NCBI GenBank assembly: GCA_964247055.1
Contig: OZ176052.1
Span: forward strand, 7,936,001-8,000,000
DNA: 64,000 bases
Reading direction: 5' to 3'
Origin: Paragordius varius
Taxonomy: Eukaryota; Animalia; Nematomorpha
Shown here piece by piece: positions 52,887 through 64,000 of this stretch (the stretch's first letter is position 1; each line of letters begins with the position of its first letter). The notes under the pieces are model-generated. The model ran no database searches, was not told where the DNA came from, and was given only the letters and a program-made list of their open reading frames with translations. Both the position numbers and the translations under genes were made by a program.

Positions 52887-53959
52887 GACCATTTATTATT
52901 ATTAATAATGGATGAAACGTCTCTAAAATATAATGATTGCTTTTAATAATAATAATAAAAGATAAAGATTTTTTTAGTATTGTAATTTATCTAATGTCTA
53001 CTTTGCACCAAATATGACCACTGCTGGAAAATTTTTCAGCGCATAATATGCAATATATGAGAACGAACATCTTTAAATATCTCTTCATGTAAAAAAAGGT
53101 AATCCCTCTAGCGACTAAAAATCAATTAATAAAAGAGCAATGGAAATGAGATTGTATTTAGGTTATCGCAAAGGCTATCCGGCAGTTTTGTAATTAAAAT
53201 GAAAGATTTTATCCTCATGCACATTATATATTGAAATTTTTGCAATATAACCGAAAAAGTAATTAATAAAATACCATTAACAAAAAAAATTCATAAATTA
53301 AATAAATAATATTGCTCAATCCTACATCATATGGTTCATTAGAAAACGATTATATAAAAAGATGGATTAAAGTTAACAAACGCTATATTATTGGAACATA
53401 AAAAAATGGGTTTATTTATATACAGTGGATACTCCCTGTCCAATAATGCAATAGTGGGGAAAATACACAGGTGATTATCCACACCATGATCTCCTTTTCA
53501 AAAAATATAAAATTATTATCTATTTTATTTTATGAAATATAATAATTAATGATATTTTAGAGAATTTGAAACAAAAAATATTAGTAATAATTTAAAATTA
53601 TTTTTGGCTCATTTTTGAGGCCGTTATCAAAAATCACAAAAGGTGCATGAGGAACTGCATGTGTTAATTCGCTTATGGACGCCTTTTTTTTAAAAAACGT
53701 TACAGGGTGGTCTACTGTAGTCGATGGCGTCAAATGTATCATGAAAAGTACCAGCGACAATATGTAAATCAATCCATAATTAATCATAATCTTTATATTC
53801 ACGCCATTAAAGCTTCCTGTTTACTGCGTCACGAACTTGAAAACAATGTCGACCCCTTTAATCTACTCTTATCAGGCATTCAAATCGTCTATATATATAT
53901 ATATATACTAGTTTTATAATATGCAGGTTGTTCTTAAATTAGAGCAGGATGGTCCACAC

Positions 53960-54140
53960 GCGGCCCGCTTCGATTAAATCCATTTACCAAATTTATTCTT
54001 TTTTTCCATAGCTCGGTCATCTATATTGTTTTATGTAATACATGTAATGATTCAGCTAAATGTTGTTGAGTTTAAGTTTGTTTATCATCCACCTCGCAGT
54101 TATGTGGTCTACCAGAGCGCCTCTCTTTCATATAAAATCA
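53960..54140 (-). mobile_element. Mariner transposase N-terminal remnant
   Basis: Minus strand, with frameshifts, gives RSGRP...EVDDK...TQQHLAESLHV...AM.K...GKW, matching the mariner HTH region pattern. Confidence 0.5.
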
Positions 54141-55489
54141 ACTTTTAAATTTTTGAAACCGTGGTTATGATAGCCGATAGAGTATGTTCTTCATCTGCCA
54201 GCAAACAATAATTTTCAACAACTTTTTTATGGCAATGCGGCTTACATGTCCTTTTCAGGCTCAAAATTCGACATGATTACTGAAAATTATAAGACGCTAG
54301 TTTTTGGCAAAATCAATTTTCTCGTTAATTGTACGACGAACAAAATAAGGTCTGTATCAATTTAATCGTCTGCCTATTTTTCGCTGACCTCTTCTCTTAG
54401 TTATACCGAAAACTAATGAATAAACTTATTATGTTTTTTTAGGTTTATTCAATTCCTTTCAAAATGATTCCTATCTAATACTTTAGAGTTGATTTAACGT
54501 TTTATAAATATATTAATATATGATATTTCTAGTTTTTTCATCTCATCGTTAAGGTAATCTAAACATCAATAATATTTTAGCGTCCATATAATATATATAC
54601 CATATTTTGGTTTAAAATGACATTATCATATGTTACTTTCCAAACATTTTAATTCTTATGTGTGACATTGAGAAGAAAAAATTGTTTTAGCAGTGAGACA
54701 CACTATAATTTTGATTAATTTAATTAACTTTGTGTCTTTTTAACTTAAAGTTTTTAGACAAAGTGTTGTCTCCATAAGGCTTATTATATGTAATTTATCA
54801 AACTTTAAAATACAGCAAGACCACACCACATCATTTCACAGCATGTTATGGATATGATGACAACTTAAAACTGTAATACATAACTTTTTTCCTAATTATA
54901 ATGAGTTATAAGCATTTAGATATGTCTGATTTGGTCTAGGTTCTAGAAAAAAACTAGTTTGTATTCTACTAAGCTTGCCACATTAAGGATGAAATATGAT
55001 ACTTTGTGTTATTTATATTAGATACTATACTGTAATCAGATTTTAATTGCACTGTTAAAGGTATATTAGATTAAGAAAATATATGGAATTTTCGTGTATT
55101 TTAACTTAAAGATATTGTAAATTGTTCGTAAACATAGGTTAGGTCTCTAACAAAATGATTTTGTCGGATTGATTGTTTTTATATCATATTTTACAAGAAT
55201 TGATGCTTGACAAAAATTAATTTTGAAATATGTGTATCAGGATGAAACTTTATGACTGGAGGTGAAATATATTTGGGTTATTAAATTGGGTAATATTTCG
55301 GCAAAACATTATTAAATATGTATTAGTTGCATTATTTCATTTTGAAATAACTTAACTGGTTTTTAAGTTTTAAAATTTTTTTAAATTTAGATCAAAGTCC
55401 CAATAGTGACGTCGATTATTAATTATATTTGGTATTTTATTTCATCAATATAAGTCCTCATTGTCATTAAATATTTTTAAAAAATAGTT

Positions 55490-58420
55490 AAAAAATTGTT
55501 ACTTGAAATTTTTCATTTCCGAAAACTATAAAACTTTTGACACAAAAAAGAGGGTTAATTTTAACAAAAAAATTTTTTTCATCAGATAGTTATAACTAGC
55601 GAATTCATTTGCCGCAAAATTTTTATTTGTTTACGACCTAGTTTTTGAAATATTGAGAGAAAATCGAAATCGGCCATAAAGTGAAAATTAAGGATAATTA
55701 AGAATAATAATGATAAAAATTGATATATTATGGTTTATTATCATTTTAGGAGATATTTTTCCATATATAAATAGCCTATAATCATATATTTAAGGTTTAT
55801 ATTAAATATCAGTTCAAAAGATGGCGTTTTTCTTTTAACACACTTAATCAAAAAAATTTTATATAACTATACTAGCGTGAATCTCGTGCTGCTACGCAGC
55901 CCGAGGAAGTCCTTCGGACTTCTGGGGGGGGGGGGGGGGGGGGGGGTTCGAAGTTTGGATTTGAATAGGTCTATTTGTTTTCCTGTACCAGATCACAAAG
56001 CCAGCATTTTCCATTTTTAAAATATATAGATTACCATAAATAATGTTTTAATATCCATATATCTTTTAACATGCTATACATATGATAATCCTTACTCAGC
56101 AGCTATCATCAAAGAAACGCCTGACTAAAATTTTTGCCTTTTAACAGGGAATACGTGGAATCTTTATTGAATTTTTACGGTCTCATACCTAGGGCGAAAA
56201 ATCGATTTAAAAAATTATTTTTGTGGACTTTATTTTTTGAAAAAGGTGGCATTTCACAGGGGAGCGGGTAAAAAGAGGGCCTAAATCAAAAAAGTGGCTC
56301 GGCTATGTTCAGCGCAATCGAAAATAAGTAAACAAAAATCATATTTGAAATTGAATGGTCCAACACGTTCTCCAAAAAATTGACTTAACCCATTTTTCAC
56401 ACGGGGTGGGCCCAAACTGGGGACCTAATTCCAAAAAAGGGCGAAGCTATTGTCGGGGCATTCATTAATGATTAAATTTTTTCGATGTTTAAATTTGATT
56501 GGGTTCACTGGTTTTCCGGAAACAGATCACAAAGTTATATGAAAAATCAGTTTTTAGCGGGTAGCTCCTTACCCAGCAGCTATCATCAAAGAAACGCCTG
56601 ACTAAAATTTTTGCCTTTTAACAGGCATTACGAAAAATCCTTCTCGAATTTTTAGTCTCATACCTTGGGCAAAAAAATACAATCAAAAAAATATTTTTGT
56701 GGACTTTGTTTTTTTTGAAAAAAAATGGCATTTTACGGGGGGAGCGGGTAAAAAGAGGGCCTAAATCAAAAAAGTGACTCGACTATGTTCGGCGCAATCG
56801 AAAATAAGTAAACAAAAATCATATTTGAAATTGAATGGTCCAACACGTTCTCCAAAAAATTGACTTAACCCATTTTTCACACGGGGTGGGCCCAAACTGG
56901 GGACCTAATTCCAAAAAAGGGCGAATCTATTGTCGGGGCATTCATTAATGATTAAATTTTTTCGATGTTTAAATTTGATTGGGTTCACCGGTTTTCCGGA
57001 AACAGATCACAAAGTTATATGAAAAATCAGTTTTTAGCGGGTAGCTCCTTACCCAGCAGCTATCATCAAATAAACGGTAGACTAAAATTTTTGCCTTTTA
57101 ACAGGAAATACGTGGAAAATTTATTGAATTTTTACGGTCTCATACCTAGGGCGAAAAATCAATTTAAAAAATTATTTTTGTGGACTTTGTTTTTTGAAAA
57201 AGGTGGCATTTCACGGGGGGAGCGGGTAAAAAGAGGGCCTAAATCAAAAAAGTGGCTCGGCTATGTTCAGCGCAATCGAAAATAAGTAAACAAAAATCAT
57301 ATTTAAAATTGAATGGTCCAACACGTTCTCCGGAAAATTGTCTCAAAGACACGATTTTTGTGGACTTGTGTTTTCAAAAAAAACCCGTTTTTCATACGGG
57401 GTGGGCCCGAACAGGGGGCCTATTTCAAAAAAAGGGCGAAGCTATTGTCGGGACATTTATTAATGATTATATTTTTTCGATATTTGGATTTGATTGGGTC
57501 TACCGGTTTTCCTGTACCAGATCACAAAGCCAGCATTTTCCATATTTATAAATATATAGATTAAAATAATTTTTTTAAATTATTTACAAGCAACATTCAT
57601 ATTTTTTCAGAAAAAAACTTAAATATCAAAGTAAAACTAAATTATATTGTTTTTTGTTTTTTCATTTTTTCTCATCTGGTTTATGACGGTATAAAAAATT
57701 TACTGTTAAATTTGGAATTTCACATGAGCGGGAATTATAAATTATATAAATTAATACATAATAAAATTTACAAGTATTGAAAAATCAACCAAAAATTCAT
57801 ACATATCCCAATAAAAATATTAATTTGTGTTAAAACAAACTTGTTACAGGGATTTGTAAGGATTGTTAGTTGATATTCCACGACTTTTAAATCCTATTTT
57901 GTATAAAACTAAGATTCCAAAATACAGTATAAATATTTTATAGACTAACCAGATGACGAAAAAATGAAAAAATAAAAAACAATATTTTTTAGTTTTATTG
58001 AAATACTTAATAAAACATGATTGCTAAGATTTTAATAGTTAGTATGGCTAGTAATAATAAGAAAAAACTATTTTAATATAGTTTCATTAAAAAATTTTGT
58101 CTTTCAAATGTGTTAAAATAACTATGCCATCTTTTGAACTGAGATTTTATACAAACCCTAACTATATGATAGGCTATTTATATATTAAAAATATCTCCTA
58201 AAATGTTAAAAACCATAATACCTTAACTTTTAACATTATTTTGAATTATCCTTTATTATTCTTAATTTTCACTTTTTGGCCGATTTCGATTTTCCCTCAA
58301 TATTTCAAAATCTAGGTCGCAAACAAATAAAAATTTTTACGGAAAATGAATACGCTGGTCATAAGCTATATCATGAAAAAACAATTATTTTGTTGAAAAA
58401 AATTTTGCACACAGTACAAT
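55490..58420. mobile_element. Palindromic MITE interrupted by central insertions
   Basis: Arm at 55620-55690 (tttgtttacgacctag...cgaaatcggcc) is the inverse of 58260-58330 (ggccgatttcg...ctaggtcgcaaacaaa). The arms enclose the tandem array and a second small palindrome at ~57620-58000. Confidence 0.55.
55870..57562 (+). repeat. Helitron/DINE-like element carrying a ~477-480 bp tandem array (~3 units)
   Basis: The marker agctatcatc recurs at 56101, 56578 and 57058. The element starts at actagcgtgaatctcgtgc with a ~23-nt poly-G. An identical 3' block (tttcctgtaccagatcacaaagccagcattttcc...atatatagat) occurs at ~55980-56031 and ~57510-57562. The array is direct evidence; the Helitron class is inferred from the termini. 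Confidence 0.6.
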
Positions 58421-59015
58421 CAAAATGTAAATTTTATCTGGCACAAGCACCATAACTAATTTTATTTTACTTCAATGTTTTTGATCTAATAAAAAAATTT
58501 AAATTCTTCATTTAACAGTATCTTTAACTTTATATGTGATAAATATATTCTGAAAACTGTTGTTATGTGACAAGGGTTATGAAAAAATAATACCGTTCAG
58601 AACGACTTTAATGAAACATAATACCTTATTACTAATAGATATAAATGTTTTCTCATTAAGTTCTTTACTAGAAATGCAAATAGGAGAGGGCTTAAGTTAC
58701 TAATGATTGAAAATTAATTTTAATCCAAATTTTCCTACGAATGCTAAAATAATTTCTATAATAATATATAAAATTATTTTATTTTGTCTCTGCATGTCAA
58801 TCTCTTGGCTTAAATTTTTATACATTCATAATCTAAATACCCAATATAAATTAAAAACCGAATTAGTAATCTATAAGCCATTTTACTTCTTTATTCGGAA
58901 AAGGAAGGAGCCAAAAATGCAGAATTTTTTTTGAGAAAATATATTACTAAAATATTTTCAATCAAATCGATTAAGTGTAATAACAATTTTAAAATGCTCT
59001 CTCTCTATACATATA

Positions 59016-59053
<38 letters not shown>

Positions 59054-59640
59054 ACATAGGGATATAAGTTTTTTTGTTAAACACGAAGAAAATGGTAAAA
59101 GGATATAATAATGGCTAAAAAATGCCTACAATGTTTAGCTTAGGGCAAATTTCTCATTTGCATGTCTATGTTAATATAAGAATAAAAAATATAGGCTAAT
59201 ACTTTTTTTAAAATTTTTCATGATGTTTTACACCGGTACAATAGTTATAAGTATTCGATTTTAAAAAGTTTATTATCTGGCAAATTTATTATTTTTAATA
59301 TAATTGATATATTGTCCGACTTTGAGAATCAAAAATTCTTTTTAATTTTTATAATAAAATGGATAAAAATCATCCCATATTCTTAAAAAGGTATATATAT
59401 ATATATATATATTATTTTAAAGATTGTTATATTTGGGAGTATATTTATTAATTTTTAATTATCTGCAAATAAATTTCCTAGATATTGAAGCTATAATCAA
59501 AGTTTACCATAATTCAACCCAAAATCGTTAATATAAAAAACAGTATACAAATTTGTGGATAAAATATATTACTACGTGTTTATTTTGATACACAAAGTTA
59601 AATTAATCTGATTAAAAAGTTTGTGCTTTAAAATATATAG

Positions 59641-62600
59641 ATGTTTAACTATTGGGCGAAAATTATTTTGTTTTTGTTTTTCAAAATTTATAGTTTTATA
59701 TGGCTTGGGATCGTATTAATTTTTTCCGGAGTCCAAACACAAAGAAGCTTTGTCACTAACCCAAATAATAACAATAATGATAACGATTTAAGCAATGATT
59801 ACAATTATGGACTTCCCACAAAACATGAATTGATTGAAGGACTTAAACTGGCAACTCAGATTTACTTAAATTTTTTGGATTATTTTTCGTCTCTTGTCTA
59901 TGACAAAAGTAGTTATTGTAAAAATAGTTTATTTATAATAACTTGGAAAAATTATCTAAAAACACATATAAAACAAAATTAATTGTATCACGAATCATTT
60001 TATTGTTTTAATTTCTAGGTATTCCTCAATTAACTATAAGTGAATTTACGTATCCCAGCACGACATTCGTGCAATTTGGAGAAGCAGCTATTGAGCACTT
60101 TTTTGCAACAGATGTCTTGAAGAAAATCATAATGTATGTATAATATAAATATATATTTAAAATTAAATTTGTGATGATTGATTAAGTCAAGATTCAACAA
60201 ACATTTTTTTAAGTTACAAGGACACAAAAAAACACGGCTTCCTTGTCATAACCGCAAATTCCTCGTCTTTAAGTAGGAAACTTTTTAGGTCCTAAGAGAA
60301 TTAGATTGGTACATCACCGCTAATCGTTATGAATCAAAACACAATAGAATATAACTTTTTTGAAGAAAATAATTTTTTAGGTGGTTTTTCTATTATAAAA
60401 AACAAAAAATAATTTTCCTATGTTAAAAAGGGTATGAATTGATGAATAATTTGTTTTGATAACAATATATTTTTGTATTTCAATGATAATTGCATCTGAC
60501 CATGATGAATGCATTCATATAATCGGTAAAAAATGTCTGAAAGTAAGCATACAAGCCAGGAAGAGTTATTATTTCGAAATTTCCCATTTACTACAATTTA
60601 AATTGTAAAAAAATATTGTTTCAATCGAATTCAGAGAAGCATTTATTTTTCGATCCGCAACTTTGATTTAGGGACCAATTTGCATAATATTAGCACTTAT
60701 ACATTATTCAACATAATTTTTCCATTCAAAAACATTTGTTCAACTGGAATGATAAAAAATATATGTAAATATATTCCCAAAATGATATTGTTCCAGAATA
60801 AATTTGACTATTATGATATGAGATAAGGGTTAATTAGTTTAAACCACGTATTCGATTGCATGGTTATACTTACGGTGATATAGCAATTAAAAAAATCAAT
60901 AAATACTCATTAATCTTAGACGCAAAACAAAGGGAAACATTGGGAAAGAACAGATTGGCCAATACCTTTTAACGCTAAATTTTACGTCGCCGAACGGACC
61001 TCAATGCTTGCTAGCTAAAGAACTTAAAATCCATGCTTGTGATAAGAATGTTCGAGAAATTGATGGGTTTTGCAACAATCTTAAACACAGGCATTGGGGT
61101 ATGGCTACTATACCGCATAAGCGTCTCTTATACCCCGATTATGGAGACGGTAATATAATTTTCATTATTTTTGTATACATGGTAATATGGCTATATATAT
61201 TAAAAAAATTTAAATGTTTGAGGTATATATTAGCCTATATACAGAGGCTTAGCTGGAGGGGGCAAAGGAGGGCTGATGCACCGGCCGCCATAGTTGAAGG
61301 GGCGCCGGATTTTAAAAAATTTTCATATAAAAATAACCCATTTATGAGTGGTCATGACCACGGTTTGAATTTGATTAATTTTTAAATGCAAGGGGTCGCA
61401 TGAAGGGGTAGGGGGCGCCATCACAAATTCATGCACCTGCGCCAGAAATGCAAGCGAAGCCATTTTAAAGAACAAAAACCAATAATATTGCTCTGTTTAC
61501 TGTAATATACCATTTACAGTTCAAATTCACCCTTAAACAATTCAAATTCACCATAAAATAAATTATGTCTTTTTTAAGATTAAAAATTACCGATATTTTT
61601 TTATATTTTTCAAAAAATGAAATTACGTTTAAAATTAATATAATACTGAAAAAATAATAAACTATGTCGTAAAAGTATATTTCATATTAATGATGAGTTA
61701 CATTAGCCCGAAAGCACATTATTTTTAGGGTGAATTTGAATTGTTCGAGGGTGAAGTTTGTTCGAGGGTAAAAAATTGTTCAAAAGACAATTTGAATTGT
61801 AAATGATATATATAACTGTTAATTTTCTTATTTTTCTAAATAAAATATCTTCAAAATGTACCATATCATTCATTATCTTTTAGACGAGGTTTGAAATAAA
61901 AATATGTAAATTTTGTTGAACCACATTCTTGATTTGTATGTAATGAATGTTAGACATTAGTTTAATGAAATTTTTAATTTATGACACAAATTTCGAAGAA
62001 ACAGAATTAGCCATAAAAAATATATACTTAGAAAATCAAAACCATCAAACTAAAATTTTAAAAATTATATCTGTTTTTGTTCATGCATGATAAAATTTAA
62101 GACTTTAAAACAAAATTTAGAGATTACATTTTTGGAAAACATACTGCGTGTAATTTCGAGAAATTTTCTTTGTCGCTTTTTGTTAAACATACTATTCTAT
62201 TAAATTATATGATATGTGAGGTCATTTTTATAAAGTTTAATACCTATTATATTTAAAGTTTTAAGAGGCTCAATATCGTGAAATAAATACAGAAATTAAA
62301 TATAAAATGGTTTAATTAGGAATTAATTGATGGATTGAATCGGGATAGATTAGTATATAAGATATACTGAAAAAAAAACAGGATTATATATCTAAATTGA
62401 AACCCGTTTTCCTCAAAAATAATTTGTCAATCAACAATTTAATACTCTAATTCACAAACAGTAGGTTTTTTAATCTAAATTAAAAATTCCATAAGTACGT
62501 AAAAAAACTTTTGACTAATACAGCTTTGTAAAATCTATACGGAGCATTCAAGATTTGAATTACACAAATTTAGGGCTAAATTCGCCAAGATTAGCGCAAA

Positions 62601-62744
62601 GTGGAAATCCTTTACCTAATCCACGTATAATTACGACCAAAATTTTTGGGAACGAAGATAAACCTCATTCATCTCTGAGTATTTTAACGATGACATTTGG
62701 ACAATTCTTGGATCATGATATAACTCAAACACCTTTCCCCACAG
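59641..62744 (+). CDS. Animal heme peroxidase (peroxinectin/chorion peroxidase-like), 5' part only; the gene continues beyond the window
   Basis: Exons 59641-59908, 60019-60133, 60187-60288, 60920-61149, 62574-62744 (phases 1, 2, 2, 1). Hydrophobic N-terminus; C...REIDGFCNNLKHRHWG...RLLYPDYGD/GLNSPR...LPNPR; TFGQFLDHDITQTP with the distal His. The first three exons are less certain. Confidence 0.85.
61506..61810. mobile_element. 21-bp-repeat foldback element copy in a peroxidase intron
   Basis: tataccatttacagttcaaattcaccc ... gggtgaatttgaattgttc ... gaattgtaaatgatata. Confidence 0.7.
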
Positions 62745-64000
62745 GTAAATTGGTTTTAAATTTTGTGCACCAAAAAATAATTTTTGACTGAAGGTAATGT
62801 ATAACAGTTGTAAACATTCCTGTTTTCATAAATGATTTATGGATACCAATTTAGTAAACGACAAACAACAGTAGATCCACTATTGTTTTGTAATTTATTT
62901 GACAAATATTTAATAGGTGGTGTTTTACGTCAATGTTGTTTGGTTAATTTTATTTTCTCTCTTAACACTCTAATGTAACATGACAAAGGGTTAATGGCTG
63001 CTTTTTAGTGTAAAATTTCTTGGACTTAATTTCATTTTAACACAAGAAAATTAATGTTATTAACCCATCTATCATCATTATCTCTTTTAATATAATAATG
63101 TTTTACTTATATATTTATTTTGTAATATAGAGTTAGGAATCAGGCTACATGAACCGAAAAAAATATTATCCCATTTAAAATTCATATAAATTTCACCTTT
63201 AATCATTAAAATAATTTAAAACTTTTTTTTAAAATTAAGTTTTTATGGATAATGTATGAAGAAGGCTTTTATGTTCTTTTTTGATGTTTTTCCCTTTGAT
63301 GTGACAAAATATTCATTTATAATCAAAATACTTTAGTAATGAATTTTGTGGATAACATTACTATTATCAAGAAAAACTACCAGGCGTATTTTGTCTTTAG
63401 CTCTGCCTTTCAATCCAAACAGACCATAAAAATAATCGAGTGAAAATATTATCTTTTTTAAATTTTCCCGTAAATTATTTACAAAGGTTGTTGGTGACAT
63501 GAATTTTTTTTAATTTTGTAATTTATTTAACAAAAATGAATTGTATCTTTGTAATATGGGATTTAAATAATTGGATTATATTAAAAATTTATGAATAAGA
63601 TTGCCATTTAAAAGTAAGTCCCATCCTCTAAGTTATTCCATTTAAACAATTTTAACTTAAATTAATTAAAGTTCTAATAAATTTAACAGTTTCCCGAGGG
63701 TGCCAGTGTTTAAATAACATAAATTTAGAAACTACTATGGATCCCCCCCCCCCCCGCCTTATAAAACTCCTGATTAAACAGAAAATAAAACTGAATTCTC
63801 CAAATCATGACTCTTTTTGAAAAATATATAAAATGGAATTTATAATTAATATTTCTTATTATATAGTATATTACCAATATATACTAGTGATAATTTAAAA
63901 TAAAATAAAAAATAATTGAATTTATTTTGGCTCATTTGAGGGTTCTATAATGCGCACAAACTTAGTGATTTGAGGAAGGTATGCTTAATTTTAAACAGTA

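Noticed and set aside
56965-57564. Three overlapping ORFs of 83-106 aa
   Set aside because: They lie within the 480-bp tandem array; other units have frameshifts in the same sequence.

Overview
Very AT-rich eukaryotic genomic DNA, apparently from an invertebrate animal; the lineage cannot be determined from this window. I reconstructed gene models by hand from splice sites, reading-frame phase and recalled protein homology. In order: (1) an 18-exon PDGF/VEGF-receptor-family tyrosine kinase (-, 3488-13858); (2) ATG101 (-, 17589-18366); (3) the GluRS half of EPRS with three WHEP repeats (+, 18392-30406), starting only 25 nt from the ATG101 start codon; (4) the WHEP-ProRS half of EPRS (+, 33586-48069); (5) an intronless sex-peptide/MIP-receptor-like GPCR (-, 50244-52088); (6) the 5' part of a heme peroxidase (+, from 59641, continuing past the window). 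Long introns and spacers are filled with MITE/foldback, hAT, CACTA-like, mariner, Helitron-like and RTE-type LINE remnants. Three features stand out. First, 13 GT-AG introns are only 21-28 nt long: all six in ATG101, the first five in GluRS and the first two in ProRS. They coexist with kb-sized TE-filled introns. Second, the normally fused EPRS is broken by a single in-frame TAA after WHEP3, while an in-frame splice path across the break appears to persist. Third, ATG101 and GluRS are head-to-head with 25 nt between start codons. Repeat boundaries are approximate unless a TSD is given.
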